NCBI GenBank assembly: GCA_001643675.2
Contig: LSRY02000026.1
Coordinates: forward strand, 558,001-622,000
DNA from: Monocercomonoides exilis PA203
Lineage: Eukaryota; Protista; Preaxostyla
Length of the DNA stretch: 64,000 nucleotides
Direction: 5' to 3'
Below are positions 13,601-25,706 of this stretch, piece by piece. The translations under genes were made by a program, and so were the position numbers. The notes beneath the pieces were generated by a model. That model was not told the DNA's origin and did not search any database. It saw only the letters and a list, made by a program, of their open reading frames with translations. Every line of letters starts with the position of its first letter. The stretch's first letter is position 1.

Positions 13601-14438
13601 AAAATCCCACAAAAATTTCTTTTCCCGTTCGCCCCATTTTTTCCGCCTGGATCATTCTGCCAAACGCTCTTCAGTTGCCCATTTCTCCCAATTTCTTCCT
13701 GAAATGCTCATAAAAAAGCAGCGTTTCCACATCCCATGTTTCATGCTCCCCCAGCGCTTCTGACAACACCTGATAGCATCACACATCAATCAAATTAAAA
13801 TATGCAAATACAAACAAAAATAAAAAATGGAACATGAAGAAAATGAACAAACAAAAATAAAATACCTCCACAAATCTTCATTTCCCTTCACTCCCCTCGT
13901 CCCCTGTTTGCCTCTCTCCAATCAACTCTCACCCCAACATCATCCACTCCAAGCACCACACACGCCACGCCTTCGCTTTTCATGTCCAATTTCAAATAAA
14001 GAAAAAATTAAATGTTGTTTTCACCCGCTCTTCCATTATCCTTTCAACCTCACTCTCACCATTCTTCTCTCCATCTTCCTCCATCTAGTACTCAATCCAA
14101 ATAAATGCAGTAGACGCACATTTTTCATTTTGTCAAAAACCTTTCAAATGCAGTTCAAACAAAATAAGAGATCAAAGAGCATGAAAAAAAATCAATAAGC
14201 AATTGAAAATTATAAATATACTTGCAAATGTTTATTTACGTTATTTCTTCGATGAAGTTTTTGAAGCATTTCACTTTATTTTCTAAAAACGGCAGCATCC
14301 TGAATTTATTGAATTTATACGAATAAGCAACATAAAAAGTAATATATTTAAATATTCATCGAGACAAACAATAAAAACTATATTTTATCTTGTTCGATTG
14401 AATTGATAAATTCATTCGAACTATGTAAAGCAAGAAAA
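10657..14438. mobile_element. Putative long-TIR DNA element carrying a host gene fragment; right TIR cut by DIRS copy 1
   Basis: 10851-10968 is a close reverse complement of 14322-14438. The left side interrupts the Tc1 ORF. No TSD can be seen because the outer right end is missing. Confidence 0.5.
11850..13490 (-). pseudogene. Fragment of a Cys-rich right-handed beta-helix (pectin-lyase/Pmp-like) surface/receptor gene
   Basis: ORFs 12723..13475 and 11995..12651 show GGAI/GGGxC/FxxC repeats and a FVGVSGNDT..CG...PCKTV motif also present in 48456..51980; internal stop plus frameshift; no signal peptide or TM segment. Confidence 0.75.
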
Positions 14439-14548
14439 TCAAAGCATATGTACTTTGATTCACAAGAAAACATTCTCTCACTTCCTTCTCTTCTGTTTTG
14501 AGAGATCGTCACTTATGGGCAAGTCACGATCACTGATCAAGGAAAAAG

Positions 14549-15400
14549 ATGATACCTAGTAATCCTCTGGGAGCGGGACTTGCCTCCGAACCTAATAAAG
14601 CGGTACTTCCTGGTGGCCCAACAAGCGGGATTCCGATGTTTTCCGGACCCTTTTCCGCCTCCAAACCTTCTTCTTTCTCAACCTTGCAACCTTCATCTTC
14701 TTCAACTTCGGACAAAGAAAAACAAGAAGAAGATACACATTTGGAAGATTCATTTTTGGAAATATTCGGAAGACCACCGGAATTATCCTTATATGATCTG
14801 CCTTTACGGGATCTTATGATTAATGATTTAATTTCCTCCTTAAAGACTGAGGATTTATCACCTTTTCTATCCAGCGCACCTCCACCTTTTGTAAGGACTG
14901 CAAGTCCTTTCAAATACGCATTAGACCAAGCAGGCGAAAGATGTGAAACATTTTTATACCCAGTTATAAAATTACTATTATTTGCTCACTCAAAGACTCA
15001 AAAGGATAATGCAGCTCATGAACCAATTGCTCAAGCATGTTCACTTCTCGCCCAAGCCCTGAAGGAAGCCAGAAACGCTCGTATTTAAGCGAGATTAGGT
15101 TTTTCCGAGGCAGCGAAAATTAAGGAAGATTCAACATCTACACTTCTAACCAAAAGACAAAGGGATCTGCTTGAAGAATCCAGGAAAACAATGGAATTAA
15201 CTTCCAAAAGATGGGCACAAATATCTTTTACTTCAAAAGCCTTTGGAAAAAGATATTATGGAAAGGACAGAACCAGTCAGAGAGATCAACATTCACAGTT
15301 TTTTCGTTCTGGCCTCCTGTCGTATGCATGGAGAAGACCAGCAAGCACTTACAACAGAAGCCCTTAACAGCAGCGATCCATGGGAGCGAGAACAAATTAA
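14549..15400 (+). pseudogene. DIRS copy 1 ORF1 (gag-like)
   Basis: Homologous to 38558..39400 (IFG.PPE.SLYD, ALD.AGER.ET.LYP); internal TAA at 15086 and 15365. Confidence 0.8.
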
Positions 15401-17311
15401 GCCAGTTGTATTCAACAGTGGGAGGAAGAACAGCATTTTTTGGAAATGCATGGAGAAGGATAGGTGGTAAAAGGCTGATAAAGAAAGGTGTTATTCCAAT
15501 CTGGAAAAGCAAAAAAGCCAGGGAGAGACTCATTAATGCGAAAAGGGTAGCTCATTGTCCACAACAGTCACAGGAAGCAAAGATTGCGATGGAAAAGCTA
15601 ATACAGGAGCAGCTCGAAACGAACATAAAACAAAAAATACCGAAAAGAAAAGTGAAACACTTAAACCCAGTGTTTGTCATAATGAAAAAAACAAGGTGGA
15701 TGGAGATAAATTATCGATTGCAGAAAGCTAAACGATGCAACAAAGACTTTTCATTTCAAATTGGAGGATTAGAGGTCAGTGGAACGAATTATAGCAAGAG
15801 GAGATTATGCGACAACCATCGATCTAAGCCAGGCCTATAACTTGGTAAATGTGGACGACAATTTCAAGCCTTTTCTTTCTTTCGAATTCGACAAGAATTA
15901 CTCCTGTTTCAACGGAATGCCATTTGGATACAAAGATTCTCCAAGAATTTTCACAAAAATCATATGGAAAGTGATAACATTCATTCGTCAGAAATGGAAC
16001 GTAAGAGCAATCGCTTATCTGGACGATATTATACTTATTCGCCAAGATCAAAGAAAACTCAAATGGATAACTGTAAAAGTCGTCTCTCTCCTCAAAAGCC
16101 TTTGTTTGCTTGTGAACGAAGAAAAGAGTCACCTGATGCCATCGCAAAGCTTCACCTATTCAGGATTCGATCGGGACACAGGCCATTTTCATGTTGCGTT
16201 AGAAAGGAAAAGAATGAATCATTTAACAAGGGAATGTCTCAAATGGAGGAAGATGTCCCTCAAAACACAAGAAGTGAGAGTGAGAGACCTGGCAGCCTTC
16301 ATTGGAAAACTGAACTCCACAAGGTTCGTGTTTCAGGAAGCTTCTCTTTTTCTTTCAACTCTGTATCGAACTCTGAACAACATGGTTTCGAGAACAGGAT
16401 GGAATGGGTGGATGAAGATCAACCAGTCTATCCTCCCAAGTCTAACGAAATGGATATCGAAATTGAAGGCCAACAATTCCAGACAGCTGTGTCCTCTGTT
16501 CCTTCCAGAAGCAATCCTCACAACGGACGCATCAAGAAAAGCAGTTGGAGCCTGTTTAAGAATAAGAAACAAAGAATACGACTTCCATTGTCCACTCCCA
16601 ATTTGGCAACAAAACCAAACCTCCAGGTATCGAGAAATATGGGCTATTCTTTAATCGTTTATCCATTTCACTCCAACACTGTCATCCAACCACATCAGCA
16701 AACTTCTTTTAAGATCGGACAACTCAACATCGGTCTTCAACATAAACAGATGGCACGCAGTGACAAACCTTCGAAGGCTTCTTACGAAGATATAGAGGCT
16801 TTCGAAAGCGATGAAAATTCAAGAAAAGGCTCAGCACATTCCGTGCAGGAAAAACGGGAAGGCCGACTCCCTTTCAAGATTAGAAAGGGAAGGAGACTAT
16901 CAAATAAGACAAGAAGCCTTTCGAGAACTTTTAAAGAAGATGCAAGTGAAAAGAACACTGGATGCGTTTGCCACAATGTGGAACAGGAAAGCTTATCGAT
17001 GGTGCAGTCCCAGAAGCACTATAAACGAGGACAGTGTTCAACAGCCTTGGCGTGGAGAAACCGTTCTAACTCACCCACCTATTCCACTCATTCTCCCGAC
17101 AATCAGGAAAACGATTCTCGAACAAGCTCGAGTTCTTCTCCTTCTTCCCGATTGGAAGGGCCAAATATGAGAACCGCTGTTGGGAGAAACGAATCATGTC
17201 GAATGGACATAGAAGAACCTGAGCGATCTTCTTATACCAGGACCACTGATGAAGAAGATGGATGCTTGTCTTCCACCAGGGAAACTGCGTGCGGCCTTGA
17301 TAAATCCTTAG
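15211..17311 (+). pseudogene. DIRS copy 1 ORF2: RT + RNase H + N6-adenine MTase-like domain
   Basis: DLSQAY, MPFG..DSPRIF, YLDD, TDAS, KADSLSR, LDAFA, HPPIPLI, PDW; frameshifts and stops. Confidence 0.85.
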
Positions 17312-18741
17312 CATCAAAAGGAGAAGTTTGGTTCAATGCCATCCACCACATAATAGGATTTTCCATAGATATGGTCAATCTGTGCGAATCCAGCTTTTCG
17401 CCATCAACATGGAACGGATATTTACTAAGTTTCGCTCGTTTCTAAGAATAGTGGGCTGTGTGCAACTATGGTCCACCTCCAAGTGATTTGTCTGACTGGG
17501 TAATAAAATGTGCAGATATCTTTCTTGGACTTCACGACAAGGGACAAAAATGGTCTTCGCTATGCAAAACACGTTCAGCAATCTCTCTTGTGTCTCAACT
17601 GTTATTTGAAAAGCAGTTAGCAGATTATCCACTAATGAAGATTCTTTTCCGATCCTTCCAAAGACTTGAAAGAAGAAAGAAGAAAAACAAGCCTCCGATA
17701 TGGAATCCAAGAGTTCTTTTGGACTACATAGCAACCTTAGGTGAAAACAAAGATCTGGATAATGACACACTCATGAAGAAAACAATCTGCCTGTGTATCC
17801 TTTTTTTTGCATGACGCTTCACTGAACTCGAGCGAATAAGTCTCAAACATTACACAATAAAAGAGGACTCAATTGCCCTTGACACCTCATTGAAGACCAG
17901 AATGGAAAAAACGGACATCATCATCCCATTCCTCCGAGAAACACCACTGATTTGCCCTGCATCAGCTGTGAAGGAATTATGGTTAAGAGTGGAAAAGATA
18001 CAAGCAAATTCTGACCACTTGTTTCTGAACGAAATTACAAAAAAGCCACTGTCTTCAAGAGCCCTGAGAAAACTTGCATCTGAAATCATTCACAAATCAG
18101 GAATTGCAGAATGTTTCGGACCTTGATCACTTTAGCACGCTTCAATATCTGCCTTAACAATGTCTGGAATGCCCATAGCACAAGTTGCCAAGTTCGCAAG
18201 GCTGTCTCCGCAAAGCGATAAGATAACGAACTGCTATTTTCAATCAGATGTCTCTTCCTCTTGCACAAGAGCTGTTGCAGTTCAATCAACCAAAATCAAC
18301 GTTCAAAGTGAAACACAAAGTGACTCAGCTGATCCACATTTAGTGAACTTGAGAATCTCAGAAGAAAATTGTGCAAGCAGAGATTACGATGATGATTCAA
18401 CCACAGCTGAGAATAAACAGGAGGAAGTGGATTGAAGTGGAGATTCAGAATCTTTACACATGACAAAGCGAGTACGAAGGTTGAAGATGAAATGGAGAAA
18501 CAGCAGATTTTGCAGCAATCAGAGAAAAGCTGTTTGGAATTCAACATCAGATTGTCTTAAGCCAAGTCGAATCGAGGAACCAGAAGACAACAACATCGAA
18601 GAACCTAAAGAGAAGAACCAGAGCGAAAGAAAGATCGAACAAGAAGTCATCCAAGAAAAACCCGTTCAGTTTATAATAAGAACCAGAACACAAGCAAAGC
18701 AAGAGTTACTAGAAAAAATGTTGAAAAATGTAAATTTCTAA
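15964..18741 (+). pseudogene. DIRS copy 1 ORF3: tyrosine recombinase with long N-terminal overlap of ORF2
   Basis: RFTELER, LKT, CPASAV, FARLSP..IT.CY; several stops. Confidence 0.8.
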
Positions 18742-18877
18742 ATCTACTTAATCCTTTTGATGCTTCACGTCTTCCCAATTAAGTATTTCTCTCAAAACAT
18801 AAGAGAAGGATGCGAGTCACATTTTATTAAAAAATGAATATTTAAATCTGGTACTAAATTATCAATTTCACGAGAAT

Positions 18878-19787
18878 ACTTTTAGAAAAAAATTAAATGA
18901 CAGGAAACCTTCAAAATACTTTTTATAATTATTCCTGTAAATATTTAGGGTCATAATTTTTCAATTTTTGTGAAAAGAACTGGAATTTTTAGTTTTATTT
19001 TTAAGATCAAAGACTTGCTCATATCTCAACAAGTTTTTTGTTCTGAGGATTTTGAGTGTTGTAATTGGTATTAAATCTGTCATTTTTATGTTTTTGGTTA
19101 TTTATTGTTGTCAAACACTTCGTTTTTATTATTGTTTTTTCTGTTTATCGACATTTCAAAAAAATGAGAAAAAAATGAAATTTGAGATTGTATTATATTT
19201 TTATGTTGAAAAATCGTTGGAAAAATGAATATTATGATCATCACAAAAATTTGAAATGAAAGAATGTGATTTGAATAAAAGGAAATAAAAATACACAAAA
19301 ACAAATCTTTAAGAATAATAATCACGACCATAAAAAATGAAAAATTTTCATCCTTTTCTATCCCTTTGTTTATTGATAATTTTTATATTTCCGCTTTAAA
19401 AATAATGAAATATCTCGTAAGAACACATGAATTCTCTATTTTGTCAAAAAACTATGAAATGGAAAAAACAATAATAAAAACGAAGTGTTTGACAACAATA
19501 AATAACCAAAAACATAAAAATGACAGATTTAATACCAATTACAACACTCAAAATCCTCAGAACAAAAAACTTGTTGAGATATGAGCAAGTCTTTGATCTA
19601 AAAAATAAAACTAAAAATTCCAGTTCTTTTCACAAAAATTGAAAAATTATGACCCTAAATATTTACAGGAATAATTATAAAAAATATTTTGAAAATTTCC
19701 TGTCATTTAATTTTTTTCTAAAAGTGCTCTGGAGAGCCAGAAAATTTAGGTTCCGATTAATTTTTTGGGTCCCTATAAACTACTGAC
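18878..19787. mobile_element. Foldback/MITE with inverted arms of about 260 bp or more; left end truncated
   Basis: 18878-19141 is a near-perfect reverse complement of 19462-19725. The right arm continues to ...TACTGAC (19787) and matches 32850-33208. Confidence 0.8.
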
Positions 19788-20049
19788 ATAATAGCCTTGA
19801 TGATGAATAATAGTTAATAGTGTTGTACAACAAAAATATTTAAAAACAAAAAAAGGAAAAATAGTCAATATAGCTCATTTGATGAAAACAAACAACTATA
19901 TCAATAAAAATACAAAATAGAAGCATTACTGGTATTACTTATGAATAAAATCAAAATAGAAAAAATAAAAATTATAATAATAAGAGTGTCACTTTTCTTT
20001 GTCAATATGCATCAACAACAATCACTGACTGCACTCCTCCATTTATTTT

Positions 20050-23000
20050 TCAGTTGTTCCGAGATCTTCTCTTCCTGACTACAACAATTGCAATAATCAC
20101 AACAACCACCACTACCACCACAACCACAATAGGAACAACAATAGCAACCACAGTCCCTGCACTCATCTTCTTCTTCTTTTCTGGTTCTGGCTCATCTTTC
20201 TTCTCCTTCAGGTATTTCTCATACACATCTTCAGGAGCAGCCTCTTCATCTGTTGCCCCCACAATCCATCCTTTGTTGCCATCGTTGTAGTCCTTCGCAA
20301 ATGCAAAGGCGTCTTTCTGTTGGCTGAACTTATCAAAGTCTGGAGCAATGATGCACAGTGATGCCACCGATGAATCTTTCCCTTTGTTGTCACCTAACTC
20401 AAGTTTGCCTTCACCCGGAAGTTTCAAATTCTCAACTGCATCTTTCACTTCAATGAAAATAGCTCCTGCCTTTCCACTTGCTGCTTCACACGATTTGAAT
20501 GAACATTTCTTTTCTCTTCCCATTTCCACTGTCGAATCGTCATCAACCATCTTGATCATAACACCTGCACACAATCCCTTCGATGATTTCACTCCATTCA
20601 TGCTCAACCCTTCTATTTGAACACTCGATGCTTTTTCAGCTGCATCTTGGATGTTGATTGCTGCTCCATCTGTCACACTCACTTTGCTGATCTCAACTGT
20701 ATCTAATTTGACTAAAGAAGCACTTTCAATATCAAACAATGATTCTTGGAAGTTCACTTCATTATCACCCTTGCATTCAACTCCACTCATTATAAGTTCT
20801 CCTTCTGTCACTTTCACAAGATGGATACCAACTGTTTCTCCAACATTACTGAGTGCATCTGGCTCTGGTCTCACAAATTTGCAGTTCACAATACTCAACT
20901 TTGCATCTGCACCCTCTGCAACAATCAATGAATGTGGATCGGTATTTGATTCCTCTGGCTCATCCAATGACAATGGGAACAAGAAGGATATTCCTCTGAA
21001 CTCAACTTCACTCTTGCATGTGAACAAATGACTTTCTGATTTAACATTACAATCAATCTCCACTTCTGTTTCTTTTTCTTCTCCATTTGCTTTGGATACA
21101 CCCACAATCGTTATCAATGAAAATTTTTCAAATGTGACAGCTGCAGCTTGGTATGCATTTTCTGTTTTGATGATATTGATCTTGAAGTTTTCTCCTCCAA
21201 CACCCACTCCAAACAATTTGTATGCTTTATCAAGACTTTTCTTTGGGTTGTCATAGCTCAATCCATTTTTGGTATCATCATCACTTCCTGATGAACTCAC
21301 ATACACATTTGTATTCGGATCAAAATACACTTCTGTGAAATCAACTTCAGAGCTATCCTCTGTTCCTTTTGCAACAACAAAGCATTTATTTTCATTTTTC
21401 TTGTATCCAGATGCAAAGCTTTTCTTCATCGCTTTTGCAATGTCTCTGTGAAGGCTGACTGGCACATCTAAATACAATCCTGTGTTCTTTTCAGCATTAG
21501 ATGTTGAATCTGAATCTCCTGCCTTGCACCCTGTGAATACTAAATTGGTTCCTGTTTCTGGCCATGTCAGTTCATCTGCTTTTGTTGCATTTTTCATCTC
21601 CAGACATATTGCTCCTGATTTCCCCTTTGTACATGTGCAATTTTCAAATGTTGTTTTCCCAGTGTTTCCAATGGAGAATGTGCTTTCTGCATGTTCGCTC
21701 TTCACATAAAGTGCTCCACATGTATCTGTTGATGCATCTTCCGATTTGCATTCTGTGAATGTGCATGTGTCCAATTTCACTGAAATAGCTGTGTCTGTTT
21801 TGCCAACAATTTTTATAACAGCACTTCCATTTGATGTTATCTTCTTCAGATTCAATGATGTCAATGATACAGCTGTCACTGCTGTTGTTGTTCCATCAAC
21901 CAAAAATGGTGTCTCTGAAAATTTCACTTCGTTCTCAGAAGTGCATTCGACCTTGTTCATTGTCAATGTCCCTGCACTCACTTTCACAAGATAACATTTC
22001 ACTTCTTCCCCTGTGTTTGTTAGCATCCCAAGTGTATTGGTCGATGTTGTTTTCTTAAAATCACAAGTGTCAATTGTTAGAGAAACTGATTCTGAATCAG
22101 CATGAATCAAGGCATATGTGCTTGAACTATCTTTCTGTTCATTTGCGACTAGTTCAGATGCTGATTTGAAATCAAACACCAAATTCTTGAATGTCACTGT
22201 TTTTTGACAGGTGAACAGATCGCTTTCAGAAATATTGCTACAATCTATCTCAACTTTAGTCTCAGCTTCATTTCCAGTGTCCCCTGCTTCTACCACTCCT
22301 TCGATCGTAATTCCTGTCTCTTTTGAGAATGTCACAGCTTCTGCTTTAAGTACTTCTTGGTTTGATTTTTCATTTTCTTTTAATATTTTAATAGAAAATT
22401 CTCCTGGACCTTTTGATTTATCCAATAATTCATAAGCTCCTTTTATTGTTTTAAATGGTTTTGTTTTTGTTCCATCTGCTGTGCTATCTTCTTCTCCTTC
22501 ATTTTTAACATATGCCTCATGTGGATCAAAATATATTGCAGTGAAATCAATATCTTCACTTACATTAGCTCCCTTAGCTGCAACAAACCAGTCATTTGTT
22601 CCTTTCATATAATTTTTGGCAAATTTCTTTTTCATTTCTGTAGCAATCGTCTGTAACTTTTCACTGTTCACATCAAGATACAAAAATGTCTGTTTATCCG
22701 AACCAGCTTTGCACCCACTAACTGTCAATTTATTTTCTTCAGACCATATCAATTGATTTGCATTTGAAATTGCTGACATCTTCAGATATATCCCACCTGA
22801 TTTCCCATTGGCACATTCACACGAAGAAAATGTTGTTGTTGCACCTGAGTATCGTGAACTTTCTGAAATATTAAATTTACTTTCTGAATGATCACTTTCA
22901 ACATACAATGCTCCACTTGTGGCATTAGTTCCATTTTCTGTTGATATGCAATTGGCAAATGTACACCCATGGACATTCACTTCAATCTTCTCACTATTGT

Positions 23001-23790
23001 TTCCCACAATCTTCACCACTGCACTTGCACTCGACTCTATGTTATTCAATGTCGATGCAATCAATGTCACTTTTGTTGCTTTGTCAAACAAAAACGGAGT
23101 GGTTGAAAACTTAGCAGTGTTGTTATCATCACTGAAAGATACTGCCTCCATGTTGAATTCACCTGCTTCCACTTTCACCAGATGAATATTGGCTGTTTCT
23201 GTTTCTGTTGGACGAACAAATTGGCAAGTGCTAATTGTTAGATTAGGTGATAGTTTATCTGAATCTGTTGTCATGGATGAATGATCAGATGACCCTGAAA
23301 TTGATCCCCCTGAATTTGCAACCAATCGAATAATAGCCAATGTGCTTCCATCATTAGATGCATTTCCAAGTGATATTGGATATATAAACTTCAGAAACTT
23401 GAATGTCACATTTTGCTTACAAGTGAACAGATCCTTGTTAGTATCACTTTCACCATTTCCCTCAGCAAGATATGTGCAGTTTATTTCCACTAACTCAGGA
23501 GTCCCATTTGCACCTTCATTTTGTTTTCCTTGGATCATTAATGGTTTATCTTTATCAAATTCATTCACTCCTGCAATTAATGCAGGCTGACCATCTTCTT
23601 GCTTTATAATTGTAATGTTCAATTGTTCTGCACTTGTATCATTAAGCTTATCATATGCTCCTTTAATTGTTCCAACAGGGTCATTTGATGTTCCTTCAGT
23701 TCCGTTTCCTCCACTTTTAACGAACACTTCTTTTACATTTTCAGAATATATGGAAAGCACAACTTGTAAAAAAACAAATTTCAGAAACAT
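20050..23790 (-). CDS. Type I membrane surface protein (~1246 aa): signal peptide, three ~400-aa beta-helix-like repeats, poly-Val TM segment, short basic tail; variant A
   Basis: Intronless ORF; first ATG 23790 gives MFLKFVFLQVVLSIYS; repeats start (F/Y)V...G....P..(T/S)(I/L)..AY; ends GTVVAIVVPIVVVV...RKRRSRNN. Confidence 0.9.
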   Translation of the reverse strand: MFLKFVFLQVVLSIYSENVKEVFVKSGGNGTEGTSNDPVGTIKGAYDKLNDTSAEQLNITIIKQEDGQPALIAGVNEFDKDKPLMIQGKQNEGANGTPELVEINCTYLAEGNGESDTNKDLFTCKQNVTFKFLKFIYPISLGNASNDGSTLAIIRLVANSGGSISGSSDHSSMTTDSDKLSPNLTISTCQFVRPTETETANIHLVKVEAGEFNMEAVSFSDDNNTAKFSTTPFLFDKATKVTLIASTLNNIESSASAVVKIVGNNSEKIEVNVHGCTFANCISTENGTNATSGALYVESDHSESKFNISESSRYSGATTTFSSCECANGKSGGIYLKMSAISNANQLIWSEENKLTVSGCKAGSDKQTFLYLDVNSEKLQTIATEMKKKFAKNYMKGTNDWFVAAKGANVSEDIDFTAIYFDPHEAYVKNEGEEDSTADGTKTKPFKTIKGAYELLDKSKGPGEFSIKILKENEKSNQEVLKAEAVTFSKETGITIEGVVEAGDTGNEAETKVEIDCSNISESDLFTCQKTVTFKNLVFDFKSASELVANEQKDSSSTYALIHADSESVSLTIDTCDFKKTTSTNTLGMLTNTGEEVKCYLVKVSAGTLTMNKVECTSENEVKFSETPFLVDGTTTAVTAVSLTSLNLKKITSNGSAVIKIVGKTDTAISVKLDTCTFTECKSEDASTDTCGALYVKSEHAESTFSIGNTGKTTFENCTCTKGKSGAICLEMKNATKADELTWPETGTNLVFTGCKAGDSDSTSNAEKNTGLYLDVPVSLHRDIAKAMKKSFASGYKKNENKCFVVAKGTEDSSEVDFTEVYFDPNTNVYVSSSGSDDDTKNGLSYDNPKKSLDKAYKLFGVGVGGENFKINIIKTENAYQAAAVTFEKFSLITIVGVSKANGEEKETEVEIDCNVKSESHLFTCKSEVEFRGISFLFPLSLDEPEESNTDPHSLIVAEGADAKLSIVNCKFVRPEPDALSNVGETVGIHLVKVTEGELIMSGVECKGDNEVNFQESLFDIESASLVKLDTVEISKVSVTDGAAINIQDAAEKASSVQIEGLSMNGVKSSKGLCAGVMIKMVDDDSTVEMGREKKCSFKSCEAASGKAGAIFIEVKDAVENLKLPGEGKLELGDNKGKDSSVASLCIIAPDFDKFSQQKDAFAFAKDYNDGNKGWIVGATDEEAAPEDVYEKYLKEKKDEPEPEKKKKMSAGTVVAIVVPIVVVVVVVVVVIIAIVVVRKRRSRNN

Positions 23791-24963
23791 TTTCAATCGA
23801 TGTTCTTTTCTCAATTCAATCAAAGATCTACAGACACATTAATCGTATAATTGTTGTTGTAATTTATGGTTAATCACATACTTTGTATTTTTTGGTATTT
23901 TTTCGAATTATTGAAAATTTTCATATTTCATTAGAAAGAGTGTATTCATAAATATTACTCATAAAAAATTCCTTTTTAAATTATTAATAATCAATAAAAG
24001 TCATTGTTTCAATTTTTCACTGATTATTATTTGGTAAGATTGGTTCACATTCAAAATACTGGACTTGACATGTCTAATAATGTATGGCTTTTTCAAACAA
24101 TATTATCCTTCAGAAAGTGTTTCTGATTCTTGTGAGTTCTCCTATTATCTGTGCTTTTGATATGAAATGAATAAGGACAAATTGTGAAAATGAACTCAAC
24201 TATCATTGAGTTGGAAGGGTTAATAATATTTAATTGATAACATTTTTGTGAGACTGAGTTCACATGAAAAATAAAGAAACAGAATAAATATGATTTGTTT
24301 TTCTGGGTATGTGTCAATTAAATAAAGGGTATAACAATTGTCATAAGTATATTTCGAATTAATACTACACCATTTTTGTTGACATTCAAATGGTGCAGTT
24401 TTTAATGGATAAAAAAAAATACATTTCATTTGTTGTTTTCAATAATGTTCTTCATTTATTAAATTCTTGATTCAACATACTTCCATACAACAACCAGTGA
24501 TGATTTTTCTTTCATTGAGCACAATCACATGTTGAATCATTGACAAAAGCCAATGGAAAGAGAAACATTTGATAATAATGATAATATTCATGTTTTATTG
24601 TTTAATTGTTTTGTTGTTTAAATGTTTGTTTGTTGTTCAATAAATAAATTGATAGATGCTCAAAACAAATTGAAATGATTGAATGTTTGAAAAGCATTTG
24701 TGTTAATTTAACATATATTTGTTTAATGTTTTGTTCGATGTGTGAAGTGTGTGGACAAACTGCCAGTGGACAGCAACTTCTTATGGAAACACACACGTAT
24801 TCATCAATGACACAGCAAAAGGCACAGTAATATGTGTGGGCTGTCATAGTGTCAAAGTAATCTCAACTTCACTTTCTTTCCACTCTTCAAAATGAACACC
24901 TTGCTGAATGTTTGAATGTGTTTGTGAGGATCAACCAAACATTTGTCGATGAAGATCTGTTCT

Positions 24964-25008
24964 TGTTCCATGTTCCATGTTCCATGTTCCATGTTCCATT
25001 CCATTCCA
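24964..25008. repeat. (TGTTCCA)5(TTCCA)2 tandem repeat in the spacer
   Basis: Directly visible. Confidence 0.9.
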
Positions 25009-25099
25009 CATGTGAAATGGCAGAGATGGGCTCGGAATGGATACAGATGGAATGATTGCAGGAAAGGAAATGGACCATCGTTGATGGACTTTGTTGTTG

Positions 25100-25665
25100 T
25101 AATGTATTTTGAATTGGAGAAAGAATAATAAATGACTTTTAGTCTCACTCTTGAAACAAAAGAACATGATGAGGTCAAGATGTTGTCCATGGAAAGGAAG
25201 CCAAGAAAATGTATGTCTGAGTTTATTCTGTCAATAAAAATAATTTCTATAATTATTCAAATTTTTGTTTTTGGAACATGTTTTCAGTTTTCATGTATAT
25301 TTATCAAACAACAGAGGGACACAGCGAAACAAGAAACAGAAGAAGAAGAAGGATTGTTGGTTTGATATGATTTGTTTGGGAGTTGTGAATGGAGGGTTTT
25401 TGATTCATTATGATGTGACAGATCTTCCTATTATTTATTATGAGAAAACACAACAAGAACTTTCCATCAGCAAAATCAAAGAGATCATCCGATATCATTT
25501 GATATCATCAGGAACATTGTATCTTTTGTTCAGTTTGTCCATGAGCTTGATTGGGAGTTTTTGAAAAGTGGATGAAGATATGGTGATAGTTTTGAAGAAA
25601 CAAGAGTGGATGAGAACCACTTTACAAGAGATGGAGCAAATGAGATGGAAAAGCTGTCAAGATTT
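25100..25665 (+). pseudogene. Degenerate fragment of the helical protein family, cut off by the inverted-repeat arm
   Basis: KIKEIIRYH and ..ENHFTRDGANEMEKLSRFVD match family motifs IKEIIQYH / ELYFAREARRELEELTKYVD. Confidence 0.65.
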
Positions 25666-25706
25666 GTAGATCTTTGATTGAATTGAGAAAAGAACATCAA
25701 TTGAAA

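Larger units (their letters stand above)
14438..18815 (+). mobile_element. DIRS-type tyrosine-recombinase retrotransposon, copy 1 (degenerate; truncated inside the ICR, no right ITR)
   Basis: Left end homologous to copy 2; gag, RT (YLDD), RNase H (TDAS), MTase-like and YR regions with many stops and frameshifts; 18788-18815 is complementary to the left ITR. Confidence 0.9.

Noticed and set aside
24964-25008. CRISPR array or telomeric repeat
   Set aside because: No spacers, short, and not a TTAGGG-like unit
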